64,000 nucleotides of DNA. Source: Dimorphilus gyrociliatus. Lineage: Eukaryota > Animalia > Annelida. This document shows, piece after piece, positions 52,001-64,000 of the stretch. Position 1 is the first letter of the stretch; each line of letters opens with the position of its first letter. The stretch covers positions 248,001 to 312,000 of the forward strand of contig CAJFCJ010000006.1 in the NCBI GenBank assembly GCA_904063045.1, read 5' to 3'. The notes beneath the pieces were generated by a model. It was not told the origin of the DNA. It saw only the letters and a list, made by a program, of their open reading frames with translations, and made no database searches. The translations under genes were made by a program, and so were the position numbers.

Positions 52001-55000
52001 ATATGAAACCCGTCAATCAAACAACTCCTTATAATATTGATGTTTCTTTACCTGCAGTAAGATTTTGAGTGATTCTAGGACAGACTCCTGTAATGGTGAC
52101 ATTGAATCGTCTGTGGGCTTGAGTAGAGGGGAAGTATCATTCGATATGGGAGAGGAGAGGGCCCGACGTAGAACTTCCGATAATTTGGAAAGGTCAATTG
52201 AGGCAAACCGACTTTTAACATGATCATATAAATGGGGAAATAGTTGAATGAGGGCACAAAGAAAAGCTTGAGAAGGTATAAACGAAACATCATGATTATC
52301 AGTAATTGATGTTCCGATCGTAAGCCAAGTTTTCCAAGCACTCGACCACAACGTTTTATCTTCTAATGGGCTCGTACGGACTTCTACTAGTAAAGATGGT
52401 ACTTTATATGTTTACAAGAAAAATAAAAAGTGTCTAAAACTAACGAGCTATAGTATCAGTTTTAGGAGGTGAAGATTTTTGGGGAACAACATCTGGTTGT
52501 TGATGTTGAGAAGATGATATCGTTCGAGGTATGATTTCATCGCAAGGGGGTGCTAATCGTAGCCCCGCTGAAGATGTTCCAGGAAGAAGAAGGCTAAGCT
52601 CATCGGATACCACTGAATCAACAGCTCCTTCCAATTGTAAGATGGCCTAAAAATATTTTAAGCACATATATCAAGGATCTACGATATGAATGAAAGCTAA
52701 GCCATCAATAAGCCCACCTGAAAACTTTTGAGGGCGGCAAGAGACACTTCTGCATTCTTACAAAGAGCTGATTTTTCAATATGCTCCAAAAGTAAGGACC
52801 AAGCTCTTAAAAAATCCTCTGAAAAGTTGTTAGTACTATAATTATAGGTCAAATGAAGACTATTCACGTACCGAGTTTCTGGAGTAAATGCCGTTGAGTA
52901 TTAAAAACTCTAGCAACGCCCGACAGCGATAGAACTCGAGTTTCAGCCCATTGCTTATGTGCAGTGTTCCTGGAATGATGCATTAAAATATTTCCGCTGT
53001 TAGGCAACTGCTTGGAACTCTTTTCGTCAGAAGCCTTTTCAGCTCGTTCGTTAACGTGCTCAAGTAGCGTGAAGAGCACCTTCCACAGGATATGATGCCA
53101 AGTGGATAAATCGAGTGAACATGCATGTGCTGAAATAGTGGAGAAAAGGGTCTGTCCAGCACTCTTTCTTACCGCCGGTCGCTCATCTACACAAATATCT
53201 TCTAATTTAGTAAACAATACCATCCATAATGCATCGTAGGGTGGCAGAAGTTGATCCTCGCTTTCTACCTTTAATTCCGATTCGATCTTTTCTCGATTAT
53301 GAAATAAGTGATCAGCGATGTTCCACTGCAAAATAATAACAGTACTTTGCTGCCATCTAACGATCAAAGGCTTTAAGCCGATTTAGACACGTACCAATAA
53401 GCTGATTGCCGTCAGTGAAATATTTAAGTCCTGGTTCTGCTGACCAAATTTGGCAGTTACCTGCACGCATTCCTTTAGGCAGTTGCAAGGCAAACTCGAC
53501 AAGAAATCTGCAACGACTAGCTGTAGCGACTGAAAGGCTAGTCTAACAAGCCCTTCGCTACAAAGAAAGAGCAAGTCATATATTATTATAAATTGAAATT
53601 TCCTATACCTCTGTTCCGTCTGTAAAGCGCCTACAACACAAAGCAGAGATGGCCAGGCATGATATAGTGTATCTGCATCGTTCGAATGAAGAATCGTTAA
53701 TATGCACTCCAATTGTTTTGTTCTTATATCAGAGTGAGGAACGTTTGAAAGTTCCACTAAAGGCGACATGATCCAAGACAAGCATTTCTAATAAATAAAG
53801 GAGAAAGAGAAAATGGTAGCATTTAACAAACGATTCGACAAATAGCCCTACTTCGTTCCGATATTGATTTTGATTAATTGCATCTCTGACAAGCTGACAA
53901 AGTGCTTCGGCAGCATAAGATCTGAGACCATGTTGAGGATGCTGGCAGACCTGGTAGGGGAAGATAAAAGTAAACTTAGTAACCAAGTATTAATTTTAGA
54001 CGTTCTTTTTTCGCTTTGACGAACTCTGTTCGTCGGTTAGTTCGCTCGCCCTTGCACTTAGATTATAGCTCTTTGCGAGAGAAAACCTACAGAGTCGGTC
54101 GTCTTGATTAACGAGTCAATCCAAGAGAGCCGCGTAGTAGTTCGAATGCGCTTTTTGAGGCTTTACAGAAAGCAAGAAAATTTCCCATCGGGAACATACT
54201 GGCTAGTTTTCTTAGTGTAGATAAACGGAAAAGAAGTAAATATTATATTGACACATTACGAGCAAAATCTTATATTATTTGTCAATAGAGATAAAAGGAT
54301 ATATGCATTATTAATTTAGCCGATTTCTGCAAAACGTTATATAGGTGTCAAATAACTTATGTGGAAAAAGAATACGTACAATAACAAAAAAATTGGGTTA
54401 TAAGATGAGTTGGGTCACTCTACTTGTCAGGTTAAAATTCTACTCCATAAATACTCAAACATTATATATACTTAGCGCAGCAATTTAAGGAAAGCAGGAT
54501 AAATCGCGCTCTTAGCTCGAAATTTATCGCATTCGAACCATTAGGACTAGCCATGGCGCTAAGCAGACTAGATGGTCGCATTTAGAAGACTAATCAAAAC
54601 TTGACCTTTTTGTAAACTACATCCTCTTTAATCAGTTTGTACCAACCGTTGCTACATGCGGCATTGGCTGAGTGGACAATAAATAAAACTTCTTCTATAG
54701 CATTGATGAATGACGAGGACTTGTCCAATCATATTTATGAGTGTATACTTGTGTTTACTTGGCGTGCTTTATTAACCGAGACAATTTTTATGAAAAGAGA
54801 TCAGAAGTCAACTATTAATAAATAACCTGGACAGCAAATCTACTCCCAACAAACTTGTTGATACAGCTGCATACGTAGGAGAAACGTATAATAACCCTCT
54901 CTTATCTCTTAATCCATTCCATGAATCAGTGAAATGAAATGGAATGAAACGGAAACGCGAACCGTAAAAATTGTTTAAATTACACACCTAAGTAAATGAC

Positions 55001-58000
55001 TAGCAGTGCTTTACTTTTCATAATTGAATTGCTGGGAAAAAGGAGAAGAGAAAATCTATAGTTTAAGCTATGAATTGAACAATATGTGTGTAAGCAGTGA
55101 AATATCAATTTAACAACTTCCAATAGTGTGTCACTCCAATAAAATATAATAAAATCCTATATTTTTATTTATGAGTCTACATCATTTACTCGCGAATGCG
55201 TAGTTTGTCAACATATATGCGTCACTGCGCTCATTCAAAAGAGGCATTAGGGGCCGATCTTGTACAATAAATGCTATACATTGCTTTTATTCTTGTTCAG
55301 TTGCTGCAAACCAAAGTTTACACAATAATGTATAATTGAACTAGTTATTGTGAATGTCTACATTACCGGTTAAACACCATTGTTTACTAATATTTAAATA
55401 CATTAATAACAGTATATAGTCATTATGCACTGCAAAAAGAAAAGCGAATCGAAAACATTTGCCAATATAATATCGATCAGACTCAGACTCGCTGATGCTG
55501 GTGATACTACTGCCAATTGTATGAAAGCTTGTAAATTGTCTCTTTCTTAGTTTCAATTCGGTATCCCGTAATTTATTAAAAATCAACTATCAGAATTGTG
55601 GCTTAAATGCTAGTCTAATTTTTTAAAATTTAGTCTCAGTTATTTATATTTCTTTTTTTCAAAAAAATTTCCAGATAAGATGGAAGAGAATTCCTTTGTT
55701 TTTTTACTTTTATACTCGGCTGGGAAGCGTAAAAAACTGGCCAGATTTAGCGGCCTGGCTTCGAAGAAAAATAAACATAACCTCTTCAAACTGCAAACGT
55801 CTACACGGAGAAACTGACAGCAATTCCGCAATTGGTCGCGCTAGTTCAAATCGGCCAATCAGCTTACAAATAGGTGGCGGTAGTTGCAAAAGCGCGCGTC
55901 ATCCCGCAAAAAGATGCAGTTGGGAAGGCAGAGAGAGAGAAATTGTATGCAGTTTATCTGTCGTTAGCGGTGGAATAAGGAATAAAGTCACCGAGGCGGA
56001 TTTTCAAGCCAAGTAAGTGTTTTTAATTAAATTAAATCAATTTAAGCATATAATTCGAAGGGATTTGAATATCTATTACGATTATTATAATTTGAAGTAA
56101 ATTTGTTCAAGATGCGGCGAAAAAAACAAAAGATTCCCGAAATATTATTCTTCCATCTCGAACTTGTCATATTAGGAATATTAAATAACAGATTTTTTTT
56201 GAAAAACCTTCAAGTATTAATTACATTATACAAAAGTTGATTTACCACTGTTTTTACTTTTTACGTAAGCGTTACATCAAAGAGACGTATAAATACTACT
56301 CTATATACGACTAGTGCGATAATTGTATAGCCATAAAGCTATATAGCCTTTGCATCCGCTATATATAAAATTATATTGAACTGCTCTCAGCCTTCCAAGG
56401 ATGTACATCAAAAATCGACTCTACAAAGTTCTAGCTTAATCCAGTTACTGATTGCACGGCTTTAGAAGCAGCTTCATTCCTCGTAGTTGCCAGTTTTATA
56501 TTTCTTTAGCGCCTTTACGCCCATAAATCAGCAATTCCGATAAGGATCGTTTAGGTTTGGTGGTAAAGGAGGAGAAAATAGAGAGATGGAAAGTAGAAAG
56601 AAAAACAGCAGGTCGCTCATTCATTTCCTCCAGTAAGACCACACGCCATCGTTTCGGCGCCTAATTGCTATAAGAAGAGGAAACAGAACCGAAAACGATT
56701 TTCGGCACGACTTTCTAAGTAAACTTTATTCGAAAGACAGGTGCGCGACAGTTAATCGTTAAATCGACGTTAGCGTTAAACACTCCGTTTATCCAGTTGT
56801 CACGTCTGAACCGCAATCCTGTTTTCGAGTTACATAGGGTGAATAGATGAATGTAACTATATAAAGACGACAAATTAGCATATAGAATGTAAGGTGGACA
56901 TTTCAATCGACGTTGTCAATTTCAACCGTCTTCTCGATCAATAAGTCTCGCCTACGACAGCATACAGAGGCTATATAGAATATCGGATACGAATAGCATA
57001 AAAAAGAAATCAGCTGCGAATGCCGAAGGCGTATGATCCCGTAAAGTGCTATAACGTTAGTTCCTCTTTTCAATGCTTATAACTCTTTCTGAGTAAACAA
57101 GCATAAATAAGTAAGAATGAAGAGGAGAAACGTCGTATTAACAAAACGAAATACATAATTGAGACTTATTTACAATCGGATAGGAATCGCGTGTGATGAC
57201 ATATTTTTCATACATAATCTAAAATTCACGATTATATGGCTTCGAAATCGAATACGAAGTAATTCATTAAAGTGTTCGTCACCAGCTTGATTTAGTTTTT
57301 CTTTCAAAACAGCATATTTCAAACAAAGGCGTGGCAATCATAACTAGTGTTACTGTTATTGCTAATGGAAGTTAATGAATATTACGTATAATAACGGGTT
57401 TAGATTGCTAATTCTTTTGTGAGGAAAGGGTGGCCGGAGGCGACTATCTGAGAATTAAGACGCTATTGACATGGATGCTACGACAGTGAATGCCAGCTTG
57501 TTATTTCTGAATGCTACAGACAATCCTACATGCGTTGATCAGCAAGGTTTGGAGTCTTTCAGGAGGGATTTTAACAAAGCTCATGGCTATTTATCTATAA
57601 TCGTCTGCGTATTTGGAATCATTTGTAATGTTCTTAACATTATCGTCCTCATGCAGAAGAATATGATAAGTTCAACTAACATCCTCCTAACGGCACTAGC
57701 TTTTGCCGATCTCTTTACTATGATTGCCTACGTTCCTTTTACAATCTATGTGAGTATAGTGAAAATGGAGACGGCTCAACCTCAAGCTTGGATTCTTGTC
57801 TTCTTTTACTTGATAAACAGTCATTTAAATATAACCCTGCACACAATATCTATGTGGCTGACAGTGGCTTTGGCAGTGTTTCGCTATATAGCTGTCTGTC
57901 ACCATAATCTCGGACCTAAGCTGTGCAACTTGAGAAGGGCAAAGTTGACAATTCTCGCTGTTAACGTATTCACAATAGCCTTCTGCATACCAAACTATAC

Positions 58001-61000
58001 TATCTATAACATACAACCAGTGAGAAAACGACCTGGAAAGTATGTAGCTGGACAATTTACCTTCGTCACTGCATTTCATAAAATTTTCAATTTCTGGCTA
58101 TTCGGCGTTGTACTAAAAATAGCGCCTTGCGTTCTCCTAACAATTCTCTCGACGTTGCTCATTAGGGCCATGCATGCCGCCAACAAGAAACGGCAGCGCC
58201 TAAAATCCCAAGGCCGAAGAGCGGAATCGGAAAGGACCGCTGATCACAACAGGCAAGTATCATCTTTTTCATATACCCTAACTACCCTCTTTACATAACG
58301 AACTTAACCACTTTACAGAACAACTGCTATGTTGGTTACAGTCGTCTTATGCTTCGTCTTGACCGAATTGCCGCAGGGCATTTTAGCTTTTCTATCCGGC
58401 ATGTCGAATTCCATATTTGTTTGTATTTATACTCCTCTAGGAGATACAATGGATTTCGTTGTACTCGTCAACTCTTCGCTCAATTTTTGCCTCTACTGTA
58501 CAATGTCTAGGCAATTTCGTCATACTTTTAATACTGTAATTCTTACACCATGTCGTTTCAAATTCAGAAGCGTCCGATCTTTTTCGATGTTTCACCAAAA
58601 ATCCAACGAGAATAGCCCTCAAAGCATGTCCGTTGCAAAAGCGTCGAACGGATCAACCGTGCAATATTCCACCATACAAACCCAATGTACCAAATTGTAA
58701 AGCTCTCTATCAATCCAATTTCGAACGCTCATTACGCAATTCTCTCTCGTAAAGGCAACTTTGATCTTTAATAACGCCGACTGCCGTCTAAATGCAATTG
58801 GATATACTCAAAACTTTAATAGAGCAGTCGTGTACAGTTTGTAAAGTACCATGACTCTAATATTGTTTGGCTTGCTGTGCAATGTTTACCTCAGTCATAT
58901 CAAATTGTAAAGACCGTATATAATAAATTCTCTTACAATGTCAATTTTGAGACTATAATACGTTAGGTAAAGTAAAGTTGTAAGCCTTTGGCGTTGGCAC
59001 CCACAAGAAAGAAACAAATGAGACCGATGACGAACTGTCAGGATTTGTATTATTCTGAAAAACGTTTTATTGACTAAGCAGAACGGTTATACGTTATTTC
59101 CAACAGTCTTTATCCCATACAAAACCCCAGCAAAGAATTAGGATAGATTTCAATTTACTTTTATGGTCATTTATATTCAATCAGAAAGTATTAATTAAGT
59201 GCCAAGTTCTTATATGATTCTATTTACAATTTAAAAACGGACAGAGCGATCAGTTAAATGCGAGATAAACTTTTTTTAGTATGCTTATGTACTTAGCGAC
59301 GAATGTCGACTGCAATTAAAAATGAAGGTACTTATTTTTAGATAGCTTTTCTTTATATATACAGTAAGTAGCTCGGGGCAACCTTATGTGAAGCGAAGTC
59401 GGAAAAACACTTGGCGTTTACAGCATAATACAATATAAGCAAATAAGACGGGTTACAAACCTCTAGAAAGTGTTGCGTCACAGGTCTCCACAGTACTTCT
59501 ACTCTATTCATATTCTTTAACCCTGTTTCCAAAAGTTTAGCCACTGGAAATAGTGACGCTTCCTAAAAGTTGCGAGTCAATTTAGACACAAATGAGGTGT
59601 AAATAATATATTAACCTTGTTGGAAAACGCTATTTCCATAGCTTCATCGGACAATTCACACAGTGCATTAATTAAATGATGAAGAGCGACATCATTCAGG
59701 TATCTATACAAAAAAGAAAATTCGTCTTTAATCTTATCATACGGATTATGTTTGTCATAAAATAACTAAGACGATGACGAAAGTACTCGTCATTATGGTA
59801 ACGAGAGCGTTCGTTTTTGCGCATGATTCAACGACAAAGTGCAAACGCTGTCACACAGAATTACGAGGTTTACAGACAATTGTCTCATATAACTGTCAGT
59901 TCTTATAAATTATTATGTTATGGCTTTTCCGGCAAGTATTGTTCATTTATGACTTCCTCATCCCTTTTTAATAAGAACGAACCTGCTACTTTCGAAGAGC
60001 CTACTCAGCATTGAAGATAAAACAGGTAAATCTGCCATAACAGCCGTCGTCAACACCGTACTTTCAGTTGCTTGCGGATGATCGGATTTTAGCGTCCCCT
60101 TATTCGACGGTTTTAATCCTAATATCCAAACAAGATGCTGTTGTATGGAAAAAAAACATTAGATGTTGTGTATTACCGTATAATTTATCTGGCCGTAATG
60201 GTGTAATTATGAGATACAAACCTGAAGCGTCGTTAAAACTAAGTGCCAGGATGTTCCCAAAACTGATCCATGACAATGAGCAACTCCCAAAATAGCTCTC
60301 ATACATTGGATGTTCTTGGCAGTTAACTTTTACAATAAAAAGTAAAAATATTACAACGGCAAATTGATTAAACGATGAAAATATTTGCAGACCATGACTT
60401 GACTGTGTTGTACGGAAGCCGAAGGCATAGGTGTTCCAACAGCAACGACTTGTGAGCTGATTTGAGGAGAATCGCCCGTAGATTCGGAAGTTGGGGATCT
60501 ACTAATTACCGCAGAGCCTGAATAGTATGGATAATTTCAGGAAAATTTTATTCGCACGCGACATGATTACTAAGCGAACCTTTCGACATAGCCGTAGAGT
60601 GCGACTGCAAAACGGCCAAAGCGTAATAGGACGGCAAAGACGCTTTGCAAAGAGCCGTAATGAAAGCGTCTCGATGTGTGTTTAAGCCAAGTTTTCCACA
60701 TAAATGAACGTAAACTTGCTGACTTTTAAGAATTGTTTCCGTTGCACTTTCATCCGTGCTATAAAAGGAAACGCCATCTGCATTTTGTACATTACAATTT
60801 TCTATCAATTAATCGTACCTGGCATCTAAAAGAAGAGACAACGCAGCTAAAACACCACACCAAGTTGAATTCAGTAATTCCTTATATAAAATTTGGTGGT
60901 CTTCTGATATATCTGAACTATCTTCTGACGGATTAACAATCTTTTGAACTGAGCGAACAGTGTCAAGTAAACATAGAAAAGCCAGAGATAGAACGTATCC

Positions 61001-62374
61001 CTCTTGAACGGGAGGGGATTCAATTTTATCAATCATTTCAAGACTGTGTAGGAAAAATTGAAAGAATATATAGCTATGAGAAAATGCATTTAGAAGCATC
61101 CAACAAACTAGGTAAGCTTAAGAGATCCTTGAGGAGCTGAAATATTGACGACAAGTGGAATCCAAAGGTTTTTATAGGCAAAAGCCGGTTGTGGGGTAAC
61201 GCCGCTACCCACTGGCATTCCTCCTACTAAAGCCGGTGGTTGCCCTTGTGTATCCACGCCAAGCTTAGATTCCTTAGATGGTGATTGAGAAACAAAACGG
61301 CTTTGTACGCAGCATCCAATGCCATTAACAATTTCTTGCAGAACTTTTGTCGAATGCTCTTTCATATCGTAACTTTCACAGAATTTACGAATTAACGAGG
61401 AATTGGAACAGAATTTATATAAAACTTCCAAGGCCAGTGCTCGTTGCCATTTGGGTTTTTCAGGATCGAGAAATTTTACGAGAAGGGACAAAAATATTTC
61501 GCATTCAGTTACAAGCAGAGGATAATAGTCGGTAATAAGTATTTGAACGATCCGCAATAGTCTCATAGTAATAGCGAAATATGGTTTATCAAATGGTGAT
61601 GGATTAGGAGGTTGGGGAGCACCGGGACGATACTTAAGACTTGGCGAAAACAATTTGATAACTAAGGAGCAAACTCGGTGCTTTAATAATAATCCAAACT
61701 CTTCATGCTGGGTGATGACATTTTTAGATTAGATACTTAAAAAGCTAATTTTTTAATAAAAAATTTCACCTTTAAAAAGACATTTTTAAAGCTGCATAAA
61801 ATAGACTCAATCAACTCCAATCCTAACGTTCGAGTCATTTCCGTCATATTCGTTAGCCAAACAGGCTGTTCTGCGTTTACCATAAAACAAAAGTCTTGGA
61901 AAAGCATATAAGCATCCGCTGCACAAGGTCTTAATGACTTTGGAGGCTGATTATTTCCTTCAACATTGGAAGCGTCATCTCCCGTTGTCATTGACTTTTT
62001 TGTAGTTTGCTCCGGATGATTGAAATCTTCGTTTACTACTCTTTCGAATACAACTGTAGCCAATTGCCTAACTGTTGCTGCGGCAGTATTATTAGTCCCA
62101 GAATCTTTCGAATCTTTCGTAAAGTGCAATCGAAAGCAAAGAACTAGTGCCTAAAAAATACAATCAGAATAACCATTTTTTAAAAGACATTTGTTCAATT
62201 ATTATTCTTTTGTAGTCATAAATTTGGTATCAAATAAAAAACCTTAGCCAAGGAAGCGTGTTGAACGACAGGTGACGTCGTGATGAGAAGAATGGCCGTC
62301 TGTAAGAGTTTCAACTCCTCGACTTTTGATTCCATCACGCTCCATAGTAGGTTTACAATAGCTGAGGCGGCGGG
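46046..62374 (-). CDS. MON2: Protein MON2 homolog (Arf-GEF-related endosome/Golgi trafficking scaffold); first exon(s) lie beyond 64000
   Basis: [178 protein letters not shown]; stop TGA 46046-46048. Confidence 0.96.
47100..50600 (+). promoter_or_regulatory. Cis-regulatory region of the nested PAR-bZIP gene: five D-boxes, three CREs, two E-boxes, CCAAT box and a non-coding first exon ending at 50596
   Basis: RTTAYGTAAY at 48271, 49111, 49131 (reverse), 50182, 50468; TGACGTCA at 47119, 47705, 48752; CACGTG at 48185, 50392; CCAAT at 50412; donor GTAAGT at 50597 and acceptor TTTTCAG at 50763. Confidence 0.6.
50830..51579 (+). CDS. PAR-family bZIP transcription factor (ces-2/giant/TEF-HLF-like), single coding exon, nested antisense in a MON2 intron
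   Basis: [73 protein letters not shown] is a PAR-type basic region plus leucine zipper; Ser/Pro/Thr-rich N-terminus. Confidence 0.93.
   Translation: MLSLIPRSSSNPNPSVYPPVHSATERPFKAYPRSNFTTSTFYSPHLSAMDLRPSSSSYQAYHQPSEMATYQPMTPDFSSLPSLPFSATMTSLNGSSHIQPTNPTFAGNVHSTHGSSILAAIDIRNNGVSMTATTTTPSSNSISSSNSTAPPTTDVPTSSSTNENNSSSFSMPPKKRPHSVPEELKDNTYWEKRKKNNDSAKRSRDQRRAKEEQIAMRVVYLEQENLQLRTEVGILKGEIDKLRCLLCNT
55820..56012 (+). promoter_or_regulatory. Putative promoter and non-coding first exon of the nested GPCR
   Basis: Two CCAAT boxes (ATTGG ~55831, CCAAT ~55855), CG-rich patch and strong donor CAA|GTAAGT at ~56012; linkage to the GPCR is inferred. Confidence 0.35.
57471..58700 (+). CDS. Class A neuropeptide GPCR, myosuppressin/DMSR-FMRFamide-receptor-like, 387 aa (exons 57471-58252, 58319-58700), nested antisense in a MON2 intron
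   Basis: [111 protein letters not shown]; seven hydrophobic segments and N-terminal N-glycosylation sequons. Confidence 0.92.
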
Positions 62375-64000
62375 CTAAAGAATATAACGATAATGATGAG
62401 ATACTAATTCTTTCAGCCAATTATTATATTAATAGCTTTATTATATTTTATAATTTCCTTTATTCTTGATATCCGATTTAGTAAAGAGTATACAAACAAG
62501 TACAAACAAGTAATATTAAATAATATTTGTTCTAAATTGTGTGACGTAGAAAGTGAGTAAAAAATCAAGAGACAAGAATTGAGTCGATACTTTTTGTTTA
62601 GTCAAGTCAATATACAGATGATATACGATCAGAAACTGGATAAAATTGAACCAATCTAAGTATTTAAAGTCATTTATCAATTAATCATAAAAGGTAAGTT
62701 AAAAGTTAAATAAGATCATTTAGTAATTTTAGAAATCAAGACAATGACAATTCTTTTGAAAGATAGAGCTCAAGGCCAACAAAGATAAATGTGGTCGTGT
62801 TATTTTTATCCCAATTATTCTAGTTTGCGAACAACAAAAATCCTTCTCCTTTTAACAGCTCAATAGTAGATATAATATTGTGAAAAGATGAAATTCTCAA
62901 GAGCTGTATTTTAGTAGAAATGTTTTATTGATAGATACCGTAAAAGAAGAGGACAAGAGAGAGAAAACGATAGCACTTTATGGGATTCAATATTCGATAT
63001 TTCTCATAGCAAGGCATGAAAGAAGTAAGACTTTGAAAGCATCTAAAGAGCAATTCATTGTTTATTCGAGGATTAGGAAAAAATACTATTGCATTGTATT
63101 GGAAGCTTAAAAAAGCCCCATGTCGTCCCATTTTTAAATATACAAAGTGCTATTGATTTCAGGTGAATACGATGAATTTTACGCAATTAGAAGCTAAAAA
63201 GTTTAAAAAATACTAAATTTCCACGTATAATTTTAGCTCAATTTGAAAACATAGGAAATAATCCAGAATATTTTATATAAAATACTGTAAAATATCGACT
63301 TTTGCTTCAGTTTGGTAACATGAAGCATTACATCTTCTGCTGTTTGTCTTGTAACCTTCACAGCCAAAAATTGTTGACTTTTTGAGAAAAGAGCCCTCAA
63401 ATATAATTCAATGTTTTAGTTTTGTATGTTAGTAGGAAGTATATTAGATAACAGTTTAAGAGTATTGCAAAGAATTGAAGAGGCGTTTTTTCAGACACAA
63501 GTCAGACTTTAAAAATGGAATTACTTAGTCAGCAGGTTTGGACTTCATCAATAACAGATTCGTAGAGCATTCTCACAAGATTAGATCATTGTCCAACTCT
63601 TGCCTGACCCTTATAATGTACACAAAAAAGGTATTAACTAAGTACTTCGAAGCAAGGTCAAGTAGTAGATTAAAATAGATCCTTGAATCTCAAAAAAGTG
63701 AATATTCTTACTTCAAATAGATAAATATTATAGCGAACTTGAGATATGAAAAGAGAATACATGAAAATTATTACACTAAATAATATTTAATTAATTTAAA
63801 AGTATAAAATCGATTACCACATCTATAGAGCATTCAAAAGCACTTTTGTTAATATTCATTTTCAATTATTGATATAATTTACAATGTGAATAGTCACTTT
63901 TATTTCAGTAAGTTTTTAGATAATTATTGTTAACATCATTTAAATTAATAAACCTTAATTATAAATTGATAAACTCTTTTTCATAAATTTTTCTGAATTC

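Noticed and set aside
62900-63660. Short ORFs considered as the MON2 first exon or a third nested gene
   Set aside because: No frame matches the MON2 N-terminus (DLRxLS..KKK / QPFLxGC), and I could not assemble a consistent spliced model.

Overview
AT-rich, intron-containing animal DNA with mostly 45-70 nt introns. A tandem mir-1994 pair points to a lophotrochozoan; a compact-genome annelid such as Dimorphilus is a plausible guess (inference only). Gene models were built by hand from GT/GC-AG boundaries and frame continuity. In order: the 5' two-thirds of Mi-2/CHD3-5 (-, runs off the left edge); an orphan 148-aa ORF; a tandem-domain (D1-D2) tyrosine phosphatase with no ectodomain exon found; a triple-PH-domain gene; two mir-1994 hairpins; two tandem NRF-6/acyltransferase-3 paralogs, the second with a degenerate catalytic motif; an ACOT/BAAT thioesterase with a mitochondrial presequence micro-exon; a CD225/dispanin gene; a ~14 kb AT-rich island holding two duplicated four-exon secreted 18-Cys 'extended granulin-like' peptide genes that the ORF track misses; an ACSF2-like adenylating-enzyme homolog lacking the P-loop; an ankyrin/SOCS-box gene; and MON2 (-, 5' end outside the window). 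Two large MON2 introns host an antisense PAR-bZIP gene, preceded by five D-boxes, and an antisense myosuppressin-receptor-like GPCR with a GC-AG intron. The most novel-looking element is the peptide pair: conserved promoter and signal exon, hypervariable mature region on a fixed C-C-(CC)x8 scaffold.
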